Shown here: positions 54,044 to 64,000 of the stretch, piece by piece
How the letters are laid out: every line of letters starts with the position of its first letter
Numbering within the stretch: the stretch's first letter is position 1
Assembly: GCA_041663665.1 (NCBI GenBank)
Contig: JBAYMG010000002.1
Span: 99,509 to 163,508, forward strand
From: Candidatus Omnitrophota bacterium
Lineage (GTDB): Bacteria; Omnitrophota; Gorgyraeia; Gygaellales; Profunditerraquicolaceae
Length of the DNA: 64,000 bases
Direction of reading: 5' to 3'
Program-made: the position numbers and the translations under genes
Notes under the pieces: generated by a model
Told to the model about the DNA's origin: nothing
The model's database searches: none
The model's input: only the letters and a program-made list of their open reading frames with translations

Positions 54044-55030
54044 TTGAGAAAAATTTTAGTTTTATTATTTATAATATTAATTTTATCAGGTTGTGCTACT
54101 TATAAATTCCAAAAACCTGCCGGCTCATCTGCTGATAAAGGATATTTGGTTAGTTATGATGGTAAGCCGATTATTGAATATACAGTTGGCAAAGAAAAAT
54201 CTTTGCCAGATTTAACCTTAGCTAAAGAACGTTTTAAACGCCGCAGGGCTACAGTCGAATACTATTACAAGAAGATGGACTTGATCGAATCGCGGTTTAA
54301 GGAATATCTTTGGGGTGCTCCGTCTATGTTTGTAGATTTTGTGGGTGGAGTTTTATGCTGGCCGTTTACTGCGGTAGCAGATTATAAGTATAATCATAAT
54401 CCTAAATATAAAACCAGAGTGGATAAACTGGAAGAAGAAAAAGAATCATTTGAGAAAGCCCGTATCGGCAGTTTAAAAGAAAAACTCGAAACTTATATTG
54501 TTAAAGATCTGTCCAAGGAAAATTTACCGGTAAACCCAAGCGTTGTTGTACCAATTAAGTTAAATTCTGAGGAGAAAATTTTACCTACTGAGCCGGTTGT
54601 TTCAAAATTAGAGTCACAGCCAGCCATCCAGGAAGCTGCCTTTAAACCTGTTGTCACGCAAGTTTTGCCGGTGCAGGCTCAGGATTTAGTTGTTGCACCG
54701 CCACCGGAAGGTAAGCCTGTTATTGTTGAAGCTCCGGTAACTAAAAAGATATTAGAACTGCCGGTTGCCTCAATTACGGCTAATCCAGTAAAAGGATTTT
54801 CTCCGCTTAAGGTAAAGTTTTCCGGACAGAAATCTTATTCTAAGTCCGGAAAAATAGTTTCTTATCTTTGGGATTTTGGCGACGGAGATAAGTCGAGTAA
54901 GAAAAATCCTGAGAATACTTATTGGAGCGCTACTTACGGTTCGCGTAATTATACCGCTACTCTTACAGTTAAAGATGAAGCAGGCGGCGTTTCCAGCACT
55001 ACTGCTATTATTGAAGTCTCTACGCCCTAA
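54044..55030 (+). CDS. lipoprotein with a C-terminal PKD-like domain
   Basis: Lipobox LILSGC after a signal peptide. Probable TTG start at 54044 after AAGGAAAAAG; the track ORF starts at a GTG at 54011. C-terminus YLWDFGDGDKS...YTATLTVKDEAG is a PKD-domain signature. Confidence 0.55.
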   Translation: MRKILVLLFIILILSGCATYKFQKPAGSSADKGYLVSYDGKPIIEYTVGKEKSLPDLTLAKERFKRRRATVEYYYKKMDLIESRFKEYLWGAPSMFVDFVGGVLCWPFTAVADYKYNHNPKYKTRVDKLEEEKESFEKARIGSLKEKLETYIVKDLSKENLPVNPSVVVPIKLNSEEKILPTEPVVSKLESQPAIQEAAFKPVVTQVLPVQAQDLVVAPPPEGKPVIVEAPVTKKILELPVASITANPVKGFSPLKVKFSGQKSYSKSGKIVSYLWDFGDGDKSSKKNPENTYWSATYGSRNYTATLTVKDEAGGVSSTTAIIEVSTP

Positions 55031-55128
55031 TTTTTGTATACACGGATTATCTTTATGCTGTTAATACAATTCTGTCCTTTCCCCATTTTAATAAAATTTA
55101 ACCATTATCAAATGACGCCAAATCTAAT

Positions 55129-58100
55129 ATGACAAAAGGTATTAGGTTTAATAGAGGAGTAAATATGGTTATATATTTTTGTTTTCTTTTATCCGGTATT
55201 TCGGGTCTTATTTACGAAGTTTTATGGGCTAAATATTTTGCTTTGATTTTTGGCAGCACAGCATACGCCCATACATTGGTTTTGTCCACTTTTATGGCAG
55301 GGTTAGCATTAGGCAGCTTCTTTTTGGGGAGGTTAGCGGATAGAGTTAAAGAGCAGCTTATTTTATATGCCTGGATAGAAATAGCTATTGCTTTGTTTTG
55401 TGTATTTACACCAAGGTTTTTTGTTCTCTTAGAAGGCGTTTACTTGTACGCCAGTGCGAGTTTTGGTTTTAACGCTCTGGGGATTTTAGTGATTAAATTC
55501 ATTTTAGGTGCGCTGATTATGCTGATTCCCACAGTACTCATGGGAGGAACGCTACCGATTTTAAGTAAATATCTGATCAGGTCTTTAGCTGTTCGGGGCC
55601 AAATGGTTGCCCGCCTTTATTACGTTAACAGCTTTGGTGCGGTTTTAGGGACTTTATTAGCCGGGTTTTATCTTATCTATAATTTTGGACTTGAATTTTC
55701 CATCACGGTAGCGGCTTTAATAAATTTTTCGGCAGGAGTTATAGCCCTTGTCTCAAGAAAATTTATAGCTAAACGATCTGTCGGTCCGGCAATTAAGCAT
55801 AATGAATTTTCTGTATCGGATGGAATTAATGATAAGAAAATTATTTACTCGTCAAAAATTATTCGTATTTCTATAATTGCGATATTCTTATCCGGTATCG
55901 TTGCAATGCTTTACGAGTTAGTGTGGATTAGGCTGCTTTCGCTGGTACTCGGGTCTTCTACGTATTCATTTTCTCTGATGTTGGCGGCATTCATTTCAGG
56001 TATAACTATCGGGTCATTCTTAATTTCCAAAATTATGCCTAAAGAGCGCTTCACTTTTTTATACTTTGGATTATGTGAAGCAGGCGTAGCTTTATGCGTT
56101 ATTTTTACCATCCCGTTTTATGAAAGATTACCGTTTTTCTTCTTAAATATTTATACAATTTTTGCCAAAACTCCTGAGACATTTGCGCTTTTTGAGATAA
56201 CCAAATTCTTATTTTGTTTTCTGGTAATGCTGCCGCCGACAATATTCTTAGGCATGACCTTGCCTTTAGTAAGTAAGATCGTATCTTATAAATCATCTCT
56301 CTTGGGCAAGAAAATTGGAAGCGTTTTTGCTGCCAATACTCTGGGAAATATTTTAGGGGCTTTAATTTCCGGCTTGTTGCTTATTCCGATCTTGGGCTTA
56401 AGGCAGACGTTAGAAGTCGGGATAATTATAAACTTGATATTAGGGAGCATTATATTTTTGACCGAACGCGCAATTTCAATCAAATACAAGTGGGTCATTA
56501 TTTCTTTTTGTTTTTTATGTTTTAGTGGATATAAGCTATTTTTACCTGAATGGAATAAAACTTGCTTTACCGCGCAGGCTTTCAGGGGTTACAACGTTCC
56601 GGACAAGAATACATTCGCTGATTTTCTAAAAATGACTAAAAAAGGGAAAATACTTTTTTATCAGGATGGTTTGGATGCAACCGTAGCTGTTTCTGACATC
56701 GAAGACAAATCATTAAGTCTTTACGTTAACGGTAAAGCTGATGCTTCTACCGGCTCAGATATGCCCACTCAAATATTATCGGCTCAGCTGCCGCTTTTGT
56801 TAAAACCGGATGCTCAGGATGCGTTAGTTATAGGTTTGGGTAGCGGGGTGACTTGTGGTTCAGCGCTGCGCCATCCTTTAGGAAATCTGGATGTGGTGGA
56901 GATTTCTCCCTCGGTTGTGGAAGCGAATAAATACTTTGCGGAATTTAATTATCATGCGCTTAAAGATAAAAGGCTGCATTTATATATTGAGGACGCTAAA
57001 ACTTTTATCAAACGTACAGAAAAAAAATATGATTTGATTATTAGCGAGCCCTCAAATCCGTGGCTAAGCGGAGTTGGGAATTTATTTTCAGTAGAATTTT
57101 TTAAAGATTGCCTGAGCCGTTTAAAGGAGGATGGCTTAATGGCGCAGTGGGTGCAGGCTTATGAAATTGATGATGATACTTTAAAAATTGTCCTGGGTAC
57201 TTTTCATGCGGTTTTTCCCGAAGTAACAGTTTGGCATCCCGGGGGTAACGATATAATTATGCTCGGATCTGAGAAAAGAATAATCCCAAATTTTAAGCTA
57301 GCGGAAGAAGCTATGAATCTAAAAGCAATAAAGGATGATCTTTCAAGAATAGAGCTGGGCGATTTGTCAACTCTTTTAAGTTTGCAGTTATCTTCAAGCA
57401 GGAATCTTGATGCAATAGTTCTAAAAGGTGGAGTCATAAATAGCGATTATTATCCTGTCTTGGAGTATAGCGCCCCCCGGGCATTATATTTGCATGCTAT
57501 GCCAGCAGCTTTGTTGTCAAAGCTGGACGAAAGAAAATTCGCTCTTAACAGAACAGGGCTTATCCTCTCCGGCTACCTGCAGAATCACAAAATGGATAAT
57601 AACAACTTTAGAAACTTATACACATATTTTAATAAATACACAAGTTTTTACAAAAATGAACTTTTGAATTCTTTAGCTCGCAGATGGATTAAGGATTACC
57701 CTAAAGATGATATGGCGAATTTTGTTTTTGATTATAATTACATCGGATCTTTACAAAACCAAATAGGTTCGTTAAAAAAGTTGATCCGGCGGAATAACAA
57801 ATTTGAATATTTAAATAAGTACGCTGATTTACAGATTTTAAGGTATTTATCTTCAAGATCATTTATATTCCCGGAAGTTTTTAATGAAGCCGTGGACGGC
57901 CTAAAGCTGTGTATTCGCTTATCCGGCGATAAGCAGGCACATTTTTATTATCTTCTGGGCAGGCTTTATTTTGAAAACATGGATTATCGTAAGGTTATCG
58001 ATTGTTATGCAAAATTCGAAGAATCAATTAGTTCAAAGGAAGACGCGCAGACAAAAGGAATAGATTATAGGCGCGTTCTAATTGACTTGGGTATTGCTTA

Positions 58101-58164
58101 TTGCTCAGAGCGAAACCTGGTGAAAGGTTTTGAATATTTTAATAAGGCTCGCGCTCTAAAATAA
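55129..58164 (+). CDS. large membrane fusion protein: polytopic membrane domain, spermidine synthase-like (aminopropyltransferase fold) domain and a TPR-like C-terminus
   Basis: About 14 TM helices in the first 480 aa. LVIGLGSGVTCGSA...VVEISPSVV...DLIISEPSNPW resembles the SpeE Rossmann core. Helical repeats at the C-terminus. Confidence 0.7.
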   Translation: MTKGIRFNRGVNMVIYFCFLLSGISGLIYEVLWAKYFALIFGSTAYAHTLVLSTFMAGLALGSFFLGRLADRVKEQLILYAWIEIAIALFCVFTPRFFVLLEGVYLYASASFGFNALGILVIKFILGALIMLIPTVLMGGTLPILSKYLIRSLAVRGQMVARLYYVNSFGAVLGTLLAGFYLIYNFGLEFSITVAALINFSAGVIALVSRKFIAKRSVGPAIKHNEFSVSDGINDKKIIYSSKIIRISIIAIFLSGIVAMLYELVWIRLLSLVLGSSTYSFSLMLAAFISGITIGSFLISKIMPKERFTFLYFGLCEAGVALCVIFTIPFYERLPFFFLNIYTIFAKTPETFALFEITKFLFCFLVMLPPTIFLGMTLPLVSKIVSYKSSLLGKKIGSVFAANTLGNILGALISGLLLIPILGLRQTLEVGIIINLILGSIIFLTERAISIKYKWVIISFCFLCFSGYKLFLPEWNKTCFTAQAFRGYNVPDKNTFADFLKMTKKGKILFYQDGLDATVAVSDIEDKSLSLYVNGKADASTGSDMPTQILSAQLPLLLKPDAQDALVIGLGSGVTCGSALRHPLGNLDVVEISPSVVEANKYFAEFNYHALKDKRLHLYIEDAKTFIKRTEKKYDLIISEPSNPWLSGVGNLFSVEFFKDCLSRLKEDGLMAQWVQAYEIDDDTLKIVLGTFHAVFPEVTVWHPGGNDIIMLGSEKRIIPNFKLAEEAMNLKAIKDDLSRIELGDLSTLLSLQLSSSRNLDAIVLKGGVINSDYYPVLEYSAPRALYLHAMPAALLSKLDERKFALNRTGLILSGYLQNHKMDNNNFRNLYTYFNKYTSFYKNELLNSLARRWIKDYPKDDMANFVFDYNYIGSLQNQIGSLKKLIRRNNKFEYLNKYADLQILRYLSSRSFIFPEVFNEAVDGLKLCIRLSGDKQAHFYYLLGRLYFENMDYRKVIDCYAKFEESISSKEDAQTKGIDYRRVLIDLGIAYCSERNLVKGFEYFNKARALK

Positions 58165-58187
58165 ATGTCAGCTTAATTGATCTATTG

Positions 58188-59714
58188 TTAACCGCGCAGA
58201 TCTAAGCTTCTATACTGTATGGCTTCTGAGACATGTTCGGCTTGAATGATTTGGGAGGCGTCTAGATCCGCAATTGTCCTGGAAATCTTTAATATTTTAT
58301 TATATGCTCTGGCTGAGAGGCCTAGTTCGGTAATAGCTGTACGTATCAATTCTTTAGTTTTTTGGTTCAGGGTGCAATGTTCTTTAATTAATTTACTTGG
58401 CATCTGGGCATTACAGTGTATCTCCTGAGATTTAAATCTTTCTTGTTGAATGCTGCGTGTATTTTCTACCCGCTGCCTGATTATTTGAGATGGTTCCGCA
58501 TCTTTTGTATCGGATAGCTCGCGGTATTTTACTTCGGGAATTTCGATATGCATGTCAATTCGGTCAAGCAGCGGGCCGGAAATCTTTCCTAAATAATTTC
58601 TAATTTTTGCGGGATTACAGTGGCAAACCTTGTTGGGGCTAAAATAATTTCCGCACGGACAAGGATTAAGCGCAGCAACTAAAATAAAGCAAGCTGGAAA
58701 AATTAAAGTTCTTTTTATCCGGCTGATACAAATTAAATTATCCTCAAGGGGTTGCCTTAATGCTTCCAGGGCCTGGCGGTTAAATTCCGGGAGTTCATCT
58801 AAAAATAAGACCCCATAATGCGCTAAGCTTATTTCTCCTGGCTTAGGAACGCTCCCGCCGCCGATTAATGCTATATCCGAGATACTGTGATGCGGGTAAC
58901 GAAATGGGCGTTGGGTGATAAATCCATTTTTATCTGGCAATGTGCCGGCTACTGAGTGAATTTTAGTTATTTCCAGAATCTCTTGCAGGGTGAGACTGGG
59001 CATAATTGTGGGAATTCTTTTGGCAAGCATGGTTTTACCGCTGCCTGGAGGGCCGATTAAAAGAATATTGTGGCCGCCTGATACAGCTATTTCCAGGGCT
59101 CTTTTGGCAAAATACTGTCCTTTTACTTCGGAGAAATCCAATGGGTAATGTGAATTATTTTTTAAAATTTGTTCAAAAGATAATTTAAATGGCTGCCGGG
59201 ACCCGGGTTCGGTTAAAAACTGGACGACTTCTTTTAAATTTCTTAGCGGCCAGGCAGATATCCCTTGTATAATTCCGGCTTCTTTAGCGTTTTCTTCAGG
59301 AAGGATTAGATTTTTAATTGGAAAGTTTACCATAGTTAAACTTATGGCTAAGATTCCGTGAACCGGACGCAGTTGTCCATCGAGGGATAATTCTCCCAGG
59401 AAAGCATAATTTTCCAGCTGGGAGTTATTAATTTGTCCGGTTGCTTCCAGTATCCCTAAAGCAATAGCCAGATCAAAACAAGCTCCCTCTTTTTTGATGT
59501 CCGAAGGGGCCAAGTTTACAGTTACTCGCTGTACCGGCCAAAGGAACCCTGAGTTCTTAATTGCTGAACGTACCCTTTCCCTGCTTTCTTTAATTGCCGT
59601 ATCGGCTAAGCCGACTAAGTTTATTGCCGGCAGTCCGGCAGTAATATCAACTTCTATTTCAACCGGATACGCCTCAAGCCCTAGCAACCCAAAGCTATAA
59701 ATTTTTGAGATCAT
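58188..59714 (-). CDS. YifB/ComM-family Mg-chelatase-like AAA+ ATPase
   Basis: N-terminal Lon-protease-like domain, Walker A GPPGSGKTM and Walker B LFLDELPEF. Confidence 0.85.
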   Translation of the reverse strand: MISKIYSFGLLGLEAYPVEIEVDITAGLPAINLVGLADTAIKESRERVRSAIKNSGFLWPVQRVTVNLAPSDIKKEGACFDLAIALGILEATGQINNSQLENYAFLGELSLDGQLRPVHGILAISLTMVNFPIKNLILPEENAKEAGIIQGISAWPLRNLKEVVQFLTEPGSRQPFKLSFEQILKNNSHYPLDFSEVKGQYFAKRALEIAVSGGHNILLIGPPGSGKTMLAKRIPTIMPSLTLQEILEITKIHSVAGTLPDKNGFITQRPFRYPHHSISDIALIGGGSVPKPGEISLAHYGVLFLDELPEFNRQALEALRQPLEDNLICISRIKRTLIFPACFILVAALNPCPCGNYFSPNKVCHCNPAKIRNYLGKISGPLLDRIDMHIEIPEVKYRELSDTKDAEPSQIIRQRVENTRSIQQERFKSQEIHCNAQMPSKLIKEHCTLNQKTKELIRTAITELGLSARAYNKILKISRTIADLDASQIIQAEHVSEAIQYRSLDLRG

Positions 59715-59858
59715 TATCGTTGCCTCCTTAATGATAATAGACGGATGTAGCCCGGCAATCTAACTAAAAAATGATAAAAAGAAGTAATTTTTATCTTATT
59801 GGCTTAAAAAGGCTAAAATAGCTTGCTTTTCAGGCTCGGGAGTATATAATATTAGCCT

Positions 59859-60437
59859 ATGAATAAAAATATACTTAAGAATGTAGTGCTAATCCTGCTG
59901 ATCGGCATTACTGCTTTTAGTATGGTTAAGTATATGAGTGAATTGCAGGCAAGATATAGGCTTAAAGAGAGTTTAATCCAGGCTGAAGGCCAGATTGCTG
60001 TATTATTACAGGATAAACAAAACTTATTGCAAGAGATTGAGAAGGAAAAGGAGCTGGAAAAGCATTTGCTCCTGAAAAATACAGGCCTTAAAGATTACCT
60101 AGGGGCAAGTAAAAAGAAAATTATGCGTCTTTTTCAGGATAAAGCAAAAACTCAAAACAGTTTTGAAGAATTAAGTGCCAGGCTTTCGATATTAAAAGCG
60201 GAAAATAAGGCATTGATTGATGGCCGTAAGCGTATTTATACGGAAAATGAGCAATTTAAATTGAAATTAAGCTCTGTCGTTGAGTTAAAAAAAGCGATAA
60301 GAGAGTTAAAGAGTAAAAAACGCCTGGCACTTAAATTGGAAGGAGAAGGCAACCGGGGCTATTTGATTAAGGATGGCAGATTAACTACTGAAGAGAGAGT
60401 TAAGATCGAAGTTGTACCCAGCCAAACTAAAGAATAA
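59859..60437 (+). CDS. membrane-anchored coiled-coil protein of unknown function
   Basis: N-terminal TM (VVLILLIGITAFSMV) followed by a Lys/Glu/Leu-rich heptad region. Confidence 0.4.
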   Translation: MNKNILKNVVLILLIGITAFSMVKYMSELQARYRLKESLIQAEGQIAVLLQDKQNLLQEIEKEKELEKHLLLKNTGLKDYLGASKKKIMRLFQDKAKTQNSFEELSARLSILKAENKALIDGRKRIYTENEQFKLKLSSVVELKKAIRELKSKKRLALKLEGEGNRGYLIKDGRLTTEERVKIEVVPSQTKE

Positions 60438-60889
60438 TGGGAGATTTTTTTACCGAGATATATAGAAATAAAATTTTGATAACTACAATCTCTACCTGGC
60501 TGATTGCTCAGACAATAAAGGTAGTCATTGGGGTTTTCCGTAAGAAAAAGTTTGATTTTCGTTTATTTATCGGCAGCGGAGGAATGCCTTCGGCACATGC
60601 CGCAGGCGCATCATGTTTGGCAACAAGTATCGGCCTGGAGTGTGGGTTCGACAGTGTTTATTTTGCTTTGGCTTTTGTCTTTGCGGTCGTGGTTATGTTT
60701 GACGCTCAAGGTGTACGTCGTTCAACTGGTAAACAAGCCAGCATCTTAAATAAGATTATGGAAGATATCCATTGGCAGGGTAAAATCCAGGAACAACGTT
60801 TGCGTGAGCTTATTGGCCATACTCCCATAGAAGTAATTATTGGATTGTTTTTAGGTGTTGCAATAGCTTTAGTATCTTATGCAAAATAA
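60437..60889 (+). CDS. divergent PAP2 family (DUF212, YuiD-like) membrane protein
   Basis: GGMPSAHAA signature. Confidence 0.7.
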   Translation: MGDFFTEIYRNKILITTISTWLIAQTIKVVIGVFRKKKFDFRLFIGSGGMPSAHAAGASCLATSIGLECGFDSVYFALAFVFAVVVMFDAQGVRRSTGKQASILNKIMEDIHWQGKIQEQRLRELIGHTPIEVIIGLFLGVAIALVSYAK

Positions 60890-60915
60890 ATAGCCCGAAT
60901 GGGTAAGGGGGATTT

Positions 60916-61725
60916 GTGAATAAAAAACTTTTAATTATAATTATTGCCTCGATCGTTATCGCTGGTGTTTTTATTGCTTTGGCAACTAAAAAAATAAGTT
61001 CAAAAATTAATTCCGGCAATCAAGCCTCTCCCAGTAGCCTATTAAGCCAGGTTCATGCTCAAGAGGCTAAAGGTGATTTGTCCGAAGCAAAATTATTATA
61101 TCAGAAATTAGTAAACGATTATCCGGAAGCTTCCGATGTGACGGACTGGCAGAAAAAGGCAGAAGATATAAATATTAAATTATTATTTTCATCTACGATT
61201 ACGCCCAAAAGTATAAATTATACAATAAAACCAGGAGATACTCTTAATAAGATTGCCCGGGAGTATAAAACTACCGCCGAGTTGATTATGAAGAGTAATA
61301 ATATCAGTGATTCCTTAATTATGCCCGGGCGTAAAATAAAAGTTTCTAATGTCCCCTTTACTATTCTTGTGGATAAATCTCAGAATATATTATTACTTAA
61401 AAGCGACGAAGAAATATTCAAAACCTATACTGTTTCAACCGGTAAAAATAATTGTACCCCGGTTGGAACTTTTAAAATTGTCAACAAGCTTTCTAATCCT
61501 ACTTGGTTTAAGGCCGGGGCGGTAGTGCCGGCAGAATCGCCAGAAAATGTTTTAGGTACCCGTTGGTTGGGGTTTGATTTAGCCGGGTATGGAATTCATG
61601 GAACAACCGAACCAAAAGAGTTAGGCAAACAGGTAACTCAGGGATGTGTACGCTTGTGTAATTCTGACGTCGAGGAGCTTTATAGTATTATTCCTGTCGG
61701 GACAGAAGTTACTATAATTGAATAA
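60916..61725 (+). CDS. LysM-domain L,D-transpeptidase (YkuD fold)
   Basis: Signal anchor, LysM (YTIKPGDTLNKIAREY), and catalytic HGT...GCVRL. Confidence 0.8.
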   Translation: MNKKLLIIIIASIVIAGVFIALATKKISSKINSGNQASPSSLLSQVHAQEAKGDLSEAKLLYQKLVNDYPEASDVTDWQKKAEDINIKLLFSSTITPKSINYTIKPGDTLNKIAREYKTTAELIMKSNNISDSLIMPGRKIKVSNVPFTILVDKSQNILLLKSDEEIFKTYTVSTGKNNCTPVGTFKIVNKLSNPTWFKAGAVVPAESPENVLGTRWLGFDLAGYGIHGTTEPKELGKQVTQGCVRLCNSDVEELYSIIPVGTEVTIIE

Positions 61726-61728
61726 CCT

Positions 61729-62676
61729 ATGGCCGGACTAGAGTTTGAAAAACCTATTGTCGAATTAGAGAAGAAAGTTGGAGAGCTCAAGTCTTTTATG
61801 ACCGAGAAGAAGATTGATTTGTCCGGCGAGATTAAAAAACTTGAAGATAAGCTGGCGCATTTAAAAAAAGATATTTACATTAATTTGACTGCTTGGCAGA
61901 AAGTGCAGCTTGCCCGTCATCCCTTGCGGCCGTATACTTTGGATTATATCGGTATGATGATGACTGATTTCATCCAGCTGCATGGTGATCGGCTTTTTGG
62001 CGATGACAAAGCAATGATTTGTGGTTTGGCGAAAATAGATAAAAAGAAGGTTATGGTCATTGGGCATCAAAAAGGCCGTGATACTAAAGAAAATTTAAGG
62101 TGTAATTTTGGCTGTGCGCATCCCGAAGGTTATCGTAAGGCTTTACGGGTTATGCAAATGGCTGAGGAATTTGGACTACCGGTGGTAGTTTTTATTGATA
62201 CCCCTGGGGCATACCCAGGTATCGGGGCTGAAGAGCGCGGACAATCGCATGCGATTGCAGTTAATTTACGCGAGATGACTTCAATTGCTACGCCGATTAT
62301 GGCAATTGTCATCGGAGAAGGTGGTTCCGGAGGGGCCCTGGGCGTAGGGGTAGCGGATCGCGTGGCAGTTTTAGAGAATTCATATTATTCAGTTATTTCT
62401 CCGGAAGGATGCGCGGCTATCCTTTGGAAAGATGGCGCAAAAGCCTATCAGGCTGCTGAGGTTCTGAAACTTACCGGATCAGACCTTTTAAAGATGGGTA
62501 TCATTGATGAAGTAATTCCTGAACCATTGGGAGGCGCACACCGCGATGCGCAAAAAACGGCATTGAATATCAAGGAAGTACTTTTAAGGAATTTTAAGGA
62601 ACTGGAACTTTTAGATAAAGAAGAATTGCTTAAAGCCCGGTATAAGAAATTTAGGTCCATGGGTGTTACCGCATGA
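61729..62676 (+). CDS. accA: acetyl-CoA carboxylase carboxyltransferase alpha subunit
   Basis: FIDTPGAYPG and crotonase-fold motifs; 315 aa. Confidence 0.9.
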   Translation: MAGLEFEKPIVELEKKVGELKSFMTEKKIDLSGEIKKLEDKLAHLKKDIYINLTAWQKVQLARHPLRPYTLDYIGMMMTDFIQLHGDRLFGDDKAMICGLAKIDKKKVMVIGHQKGRDTKENLRCNFGCAHPEGYRKALRVMQMAEEFGLPVVVFIDTPGAYPGIGAEERGQSHAIAVNLREMTSIATPIMAIVIGEGGSGGALGVGVADRVAVLENSYYSVISPEGCAAILWKDGAKAYQAAEVLKLTGSDLLKMGIIDEVIPEPLGGAHRDAQKTALNIKEVLLRNFKELELLDKEELLKARYKKFRSMGVTA

Positions 62677-63188
62677 TTGAACAGGAACTAATTTTATTAG
62701 GCCTGTTACGCCAAAGTCCAAAGCACGGTTATGAAATCAAAGTAAAAGCGCGTGAAATTCTTTCCCTGTTTGCCGGAGTTCAATTAAAATCAATATATTA
62801 TCCTTTAAGAATTTTAGAAAAAAAAGGATTGTTGACTAAGCAAAAAGTTAAAAAAAGTAAACGTCCGGAACGTGTTGTTTACTGCCTCACTGTAAAAGGA
62901 AGAGAGCGTTTTGAAGTATTGCTTAATAAAAATTTACTGGATTTTAAACGGCCGGAATTTACTTTAGATTTAAGTTTATATTTTCTTGGATTTTTAAAAC
63001 CTACACTCGCTCGTCGGAGATTAGAGAAAAGATTAGAAATACTGGGAAAAATTTCTCGCGGGATAGAGAATATGTTTAGTTCTAAAGAATTAAAAGATTC
63101 ACTTCCTCTTTCGCGAATCATGGAACACAATCTCTATTTATTAAAAGCCGAAGCGACATTCTTAAGCAATCTCCTTAAAAAAATATAG
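62673..63188 (+). CDS. PadR-family transcriptional regulator
   Basis: N-terminal winged HTH (LLGLLRQSPKHGYEI...YYPLRILEKKGLL). Confidence 0.75.
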   Translation: MIEQELILLGLLRQSPKHGYEIKVKAREILSLFAGVQLKSIYYPLRILEKKGLLTKQKVKKSKRPERVVYCLTVKGRERFEVLLNKNLLDFKRPEFTLDLSLYFLGFLKPTLARRRLEKRLEILGKISRGIENMFSSKELKDSLPLSRIMEHNLYLLKAEATFLSNLLKKI

Positions 63189-63295
63189 AAGTTAATCCCT
63201 GCCGGTTTATTTTTGATTTGCATTCTATAAGCAAAAATAATTTTATTCTTTGTGTTTAAAATAATTAGAAAATTGATTCTCTGACGGGAAAAGCC

Positions 63296-63360
63296 TTGAC
63301 AAATAGGAAAATCATGCTATATTTATAGCATGATTAGTACTTTTAGTAACTACTAAAAGT
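63296..63360 (+). promoter_or_regulatory. sigma70-like promoter overlapped by two palindromic operator-like sites
   Basis: TTGACA at 63296-63301, 16-nt spacer, TATATT at 63318-63323. Inverted repeat AATCATGCTATA-tt-TATAGCATGATT at 63310-63335 spans the -10. Second inverted repeat ACTTTTAGTA-ac-TACTAAAAGT at 63339-63360. Confidence 0.5.
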
Positions 63361-63387
63361 CTTAGCTCAACCGCAAAAATAAACGCC

Positions 63388-63615
63388 ATGGGTAAAAAAA
63401 TTATCTCCGCACAGGAAATAGTCTCAAAATTCAATACTCCATATCAAACAGTAAATTACTATACAGCCATAGGTTTGTTGCCGGTAGCGGCTAAAGTGGG
63501 CAATAAGCGTATGTATAAAGAGGTAGTGATTAAAGAACGTTTGCAAAAAATATCGGAATTGGCCAGAGAAGGCTACCCTTTAAATTTGATTCGAAAAAAG
63601 CTACTAGGCATGTAA
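63388..63615 (+). CDS. small MerR-like HTH protein
   Basis: 75 aa; ISAQEIVSKFNTPYQTVNYYTAIGLL fits a MerR-type HTH. Confidence 0.5.
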   Translation: MGKKIISAQEIVSKFNTPYQTVNYYTAIGLLPVAAKVGNKRMYKEVVIKERLQKISELAREGYPLNLIRKKLLGM

Positions 63616-63659
63616 GTTATTGGAAAATAATAAATTAAGTTTCTAATAAAACATTATAA

Positions 63660-64000
63660 GATGAGCTATTTTGCAGTATTAGGATTAAATAAAGAACCAT
63701 TCTCAACAAGCCCTGATCCTAACTTCTTTTATGATTCTAGCGAACATCGGGCTGCCTTGATGCGCTTGGTAATTGAGATACGTTTAAAACGTGGCTTAAG
63801 TGTTGTTTTGGGGGATGTAGGAACCGGTAAGACTACGCTTTCCAGGAAGCTATTCCAGATGTTAAAGGAGAGAGAGGATGTTATTTTCCATATGATTCTC
63901 GATCCTACCTTTGATTCAGAAGAAATTTTTCTGGATTCTTTAGTCAGGACTTTTAAGATTGAAATTACGGCCCCAAAACCCTCGATTTTAGATTACAAAG
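63660..64000 (+). CDS. ExeA/GspA-like AAA ATPase, N-terminal part; gene runs off the window edge
   Basis: NKEPFSTSPDPNFFYDSSEHRAALMRL...VVLGDVGTGKTTL matches the ExeA family N-terminus with a P-loop. Confidence 0.6.

Overview
This window is the chromosomal origin region of an AT-rich bacterium, apparently from a deep-branching or uncultivated lineage; I cannot assign a taxon from sequence alone. The minus strand carries ndk (partial), parB, parA, a truncated jag, yidC, yidD and rpmH, with no rnpA between rpmH and yidD. A DnaA-box intergenic region follows, then on the plus strand dnaA, dnaN, a DUF721 gene, gyrB, a membrane protein and gyrA; recF is absent. Next come tRNA-Glu, glmS and rsmI, then a PyrR-attenuated pyrR-pyrB-pyrC operon, a PHP-domain nuclease that resembles EndoQ, tRNA-Arg, the C-terminal half of a split carB, mutM, and pyrK-pyrD-pyrF. 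A seven-gene V-type ATPase operon (E, hypothetical, A, B, D, I, K) lacks C, F and G subunits and ends with tRNA-Val and tRNA-Asp. A minus-strand minor-pilin operon lies divergent to a beta-barrel outer-membrane protein gene. A long plus-strand run then holds a tRNA-binding protein, a YkgJ-like Cys-rich protein, a standalone DUF2156 aminoacyl-tRNA-transferase-like protein, a DnaQ-like exonuclease, a PilZ fusion protein, a mini HhH-GPD protein, an M20 peptidase, a PAC2-family protein, a HAD hydrolase, two tandem D-Ala-D-Ala-ligase-like ATP-grasp genes fused in an operon with lysine 2,3-aminomutase, a YchF-like protein without a P-loop, purH, folC and mnmE. The window ends with a response regulator, folE, a PKD lipoprotein, a spermidine-synthase-like membrane fusion, yifB/comM, a PAP2-like gene, a LysM L,D-transpeptidase, accA, padR, a MerR-like gene and a partial exeA-like gene. 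I found no CRISPR array, transposase or integrase. The best candidate for a new system is the operon of two ATP-grasp ligases plus KamA, which may make a beta-lysine-containing product; the degenerate YchF and the tRNA-binding/DUF2156 module are also worth following up.
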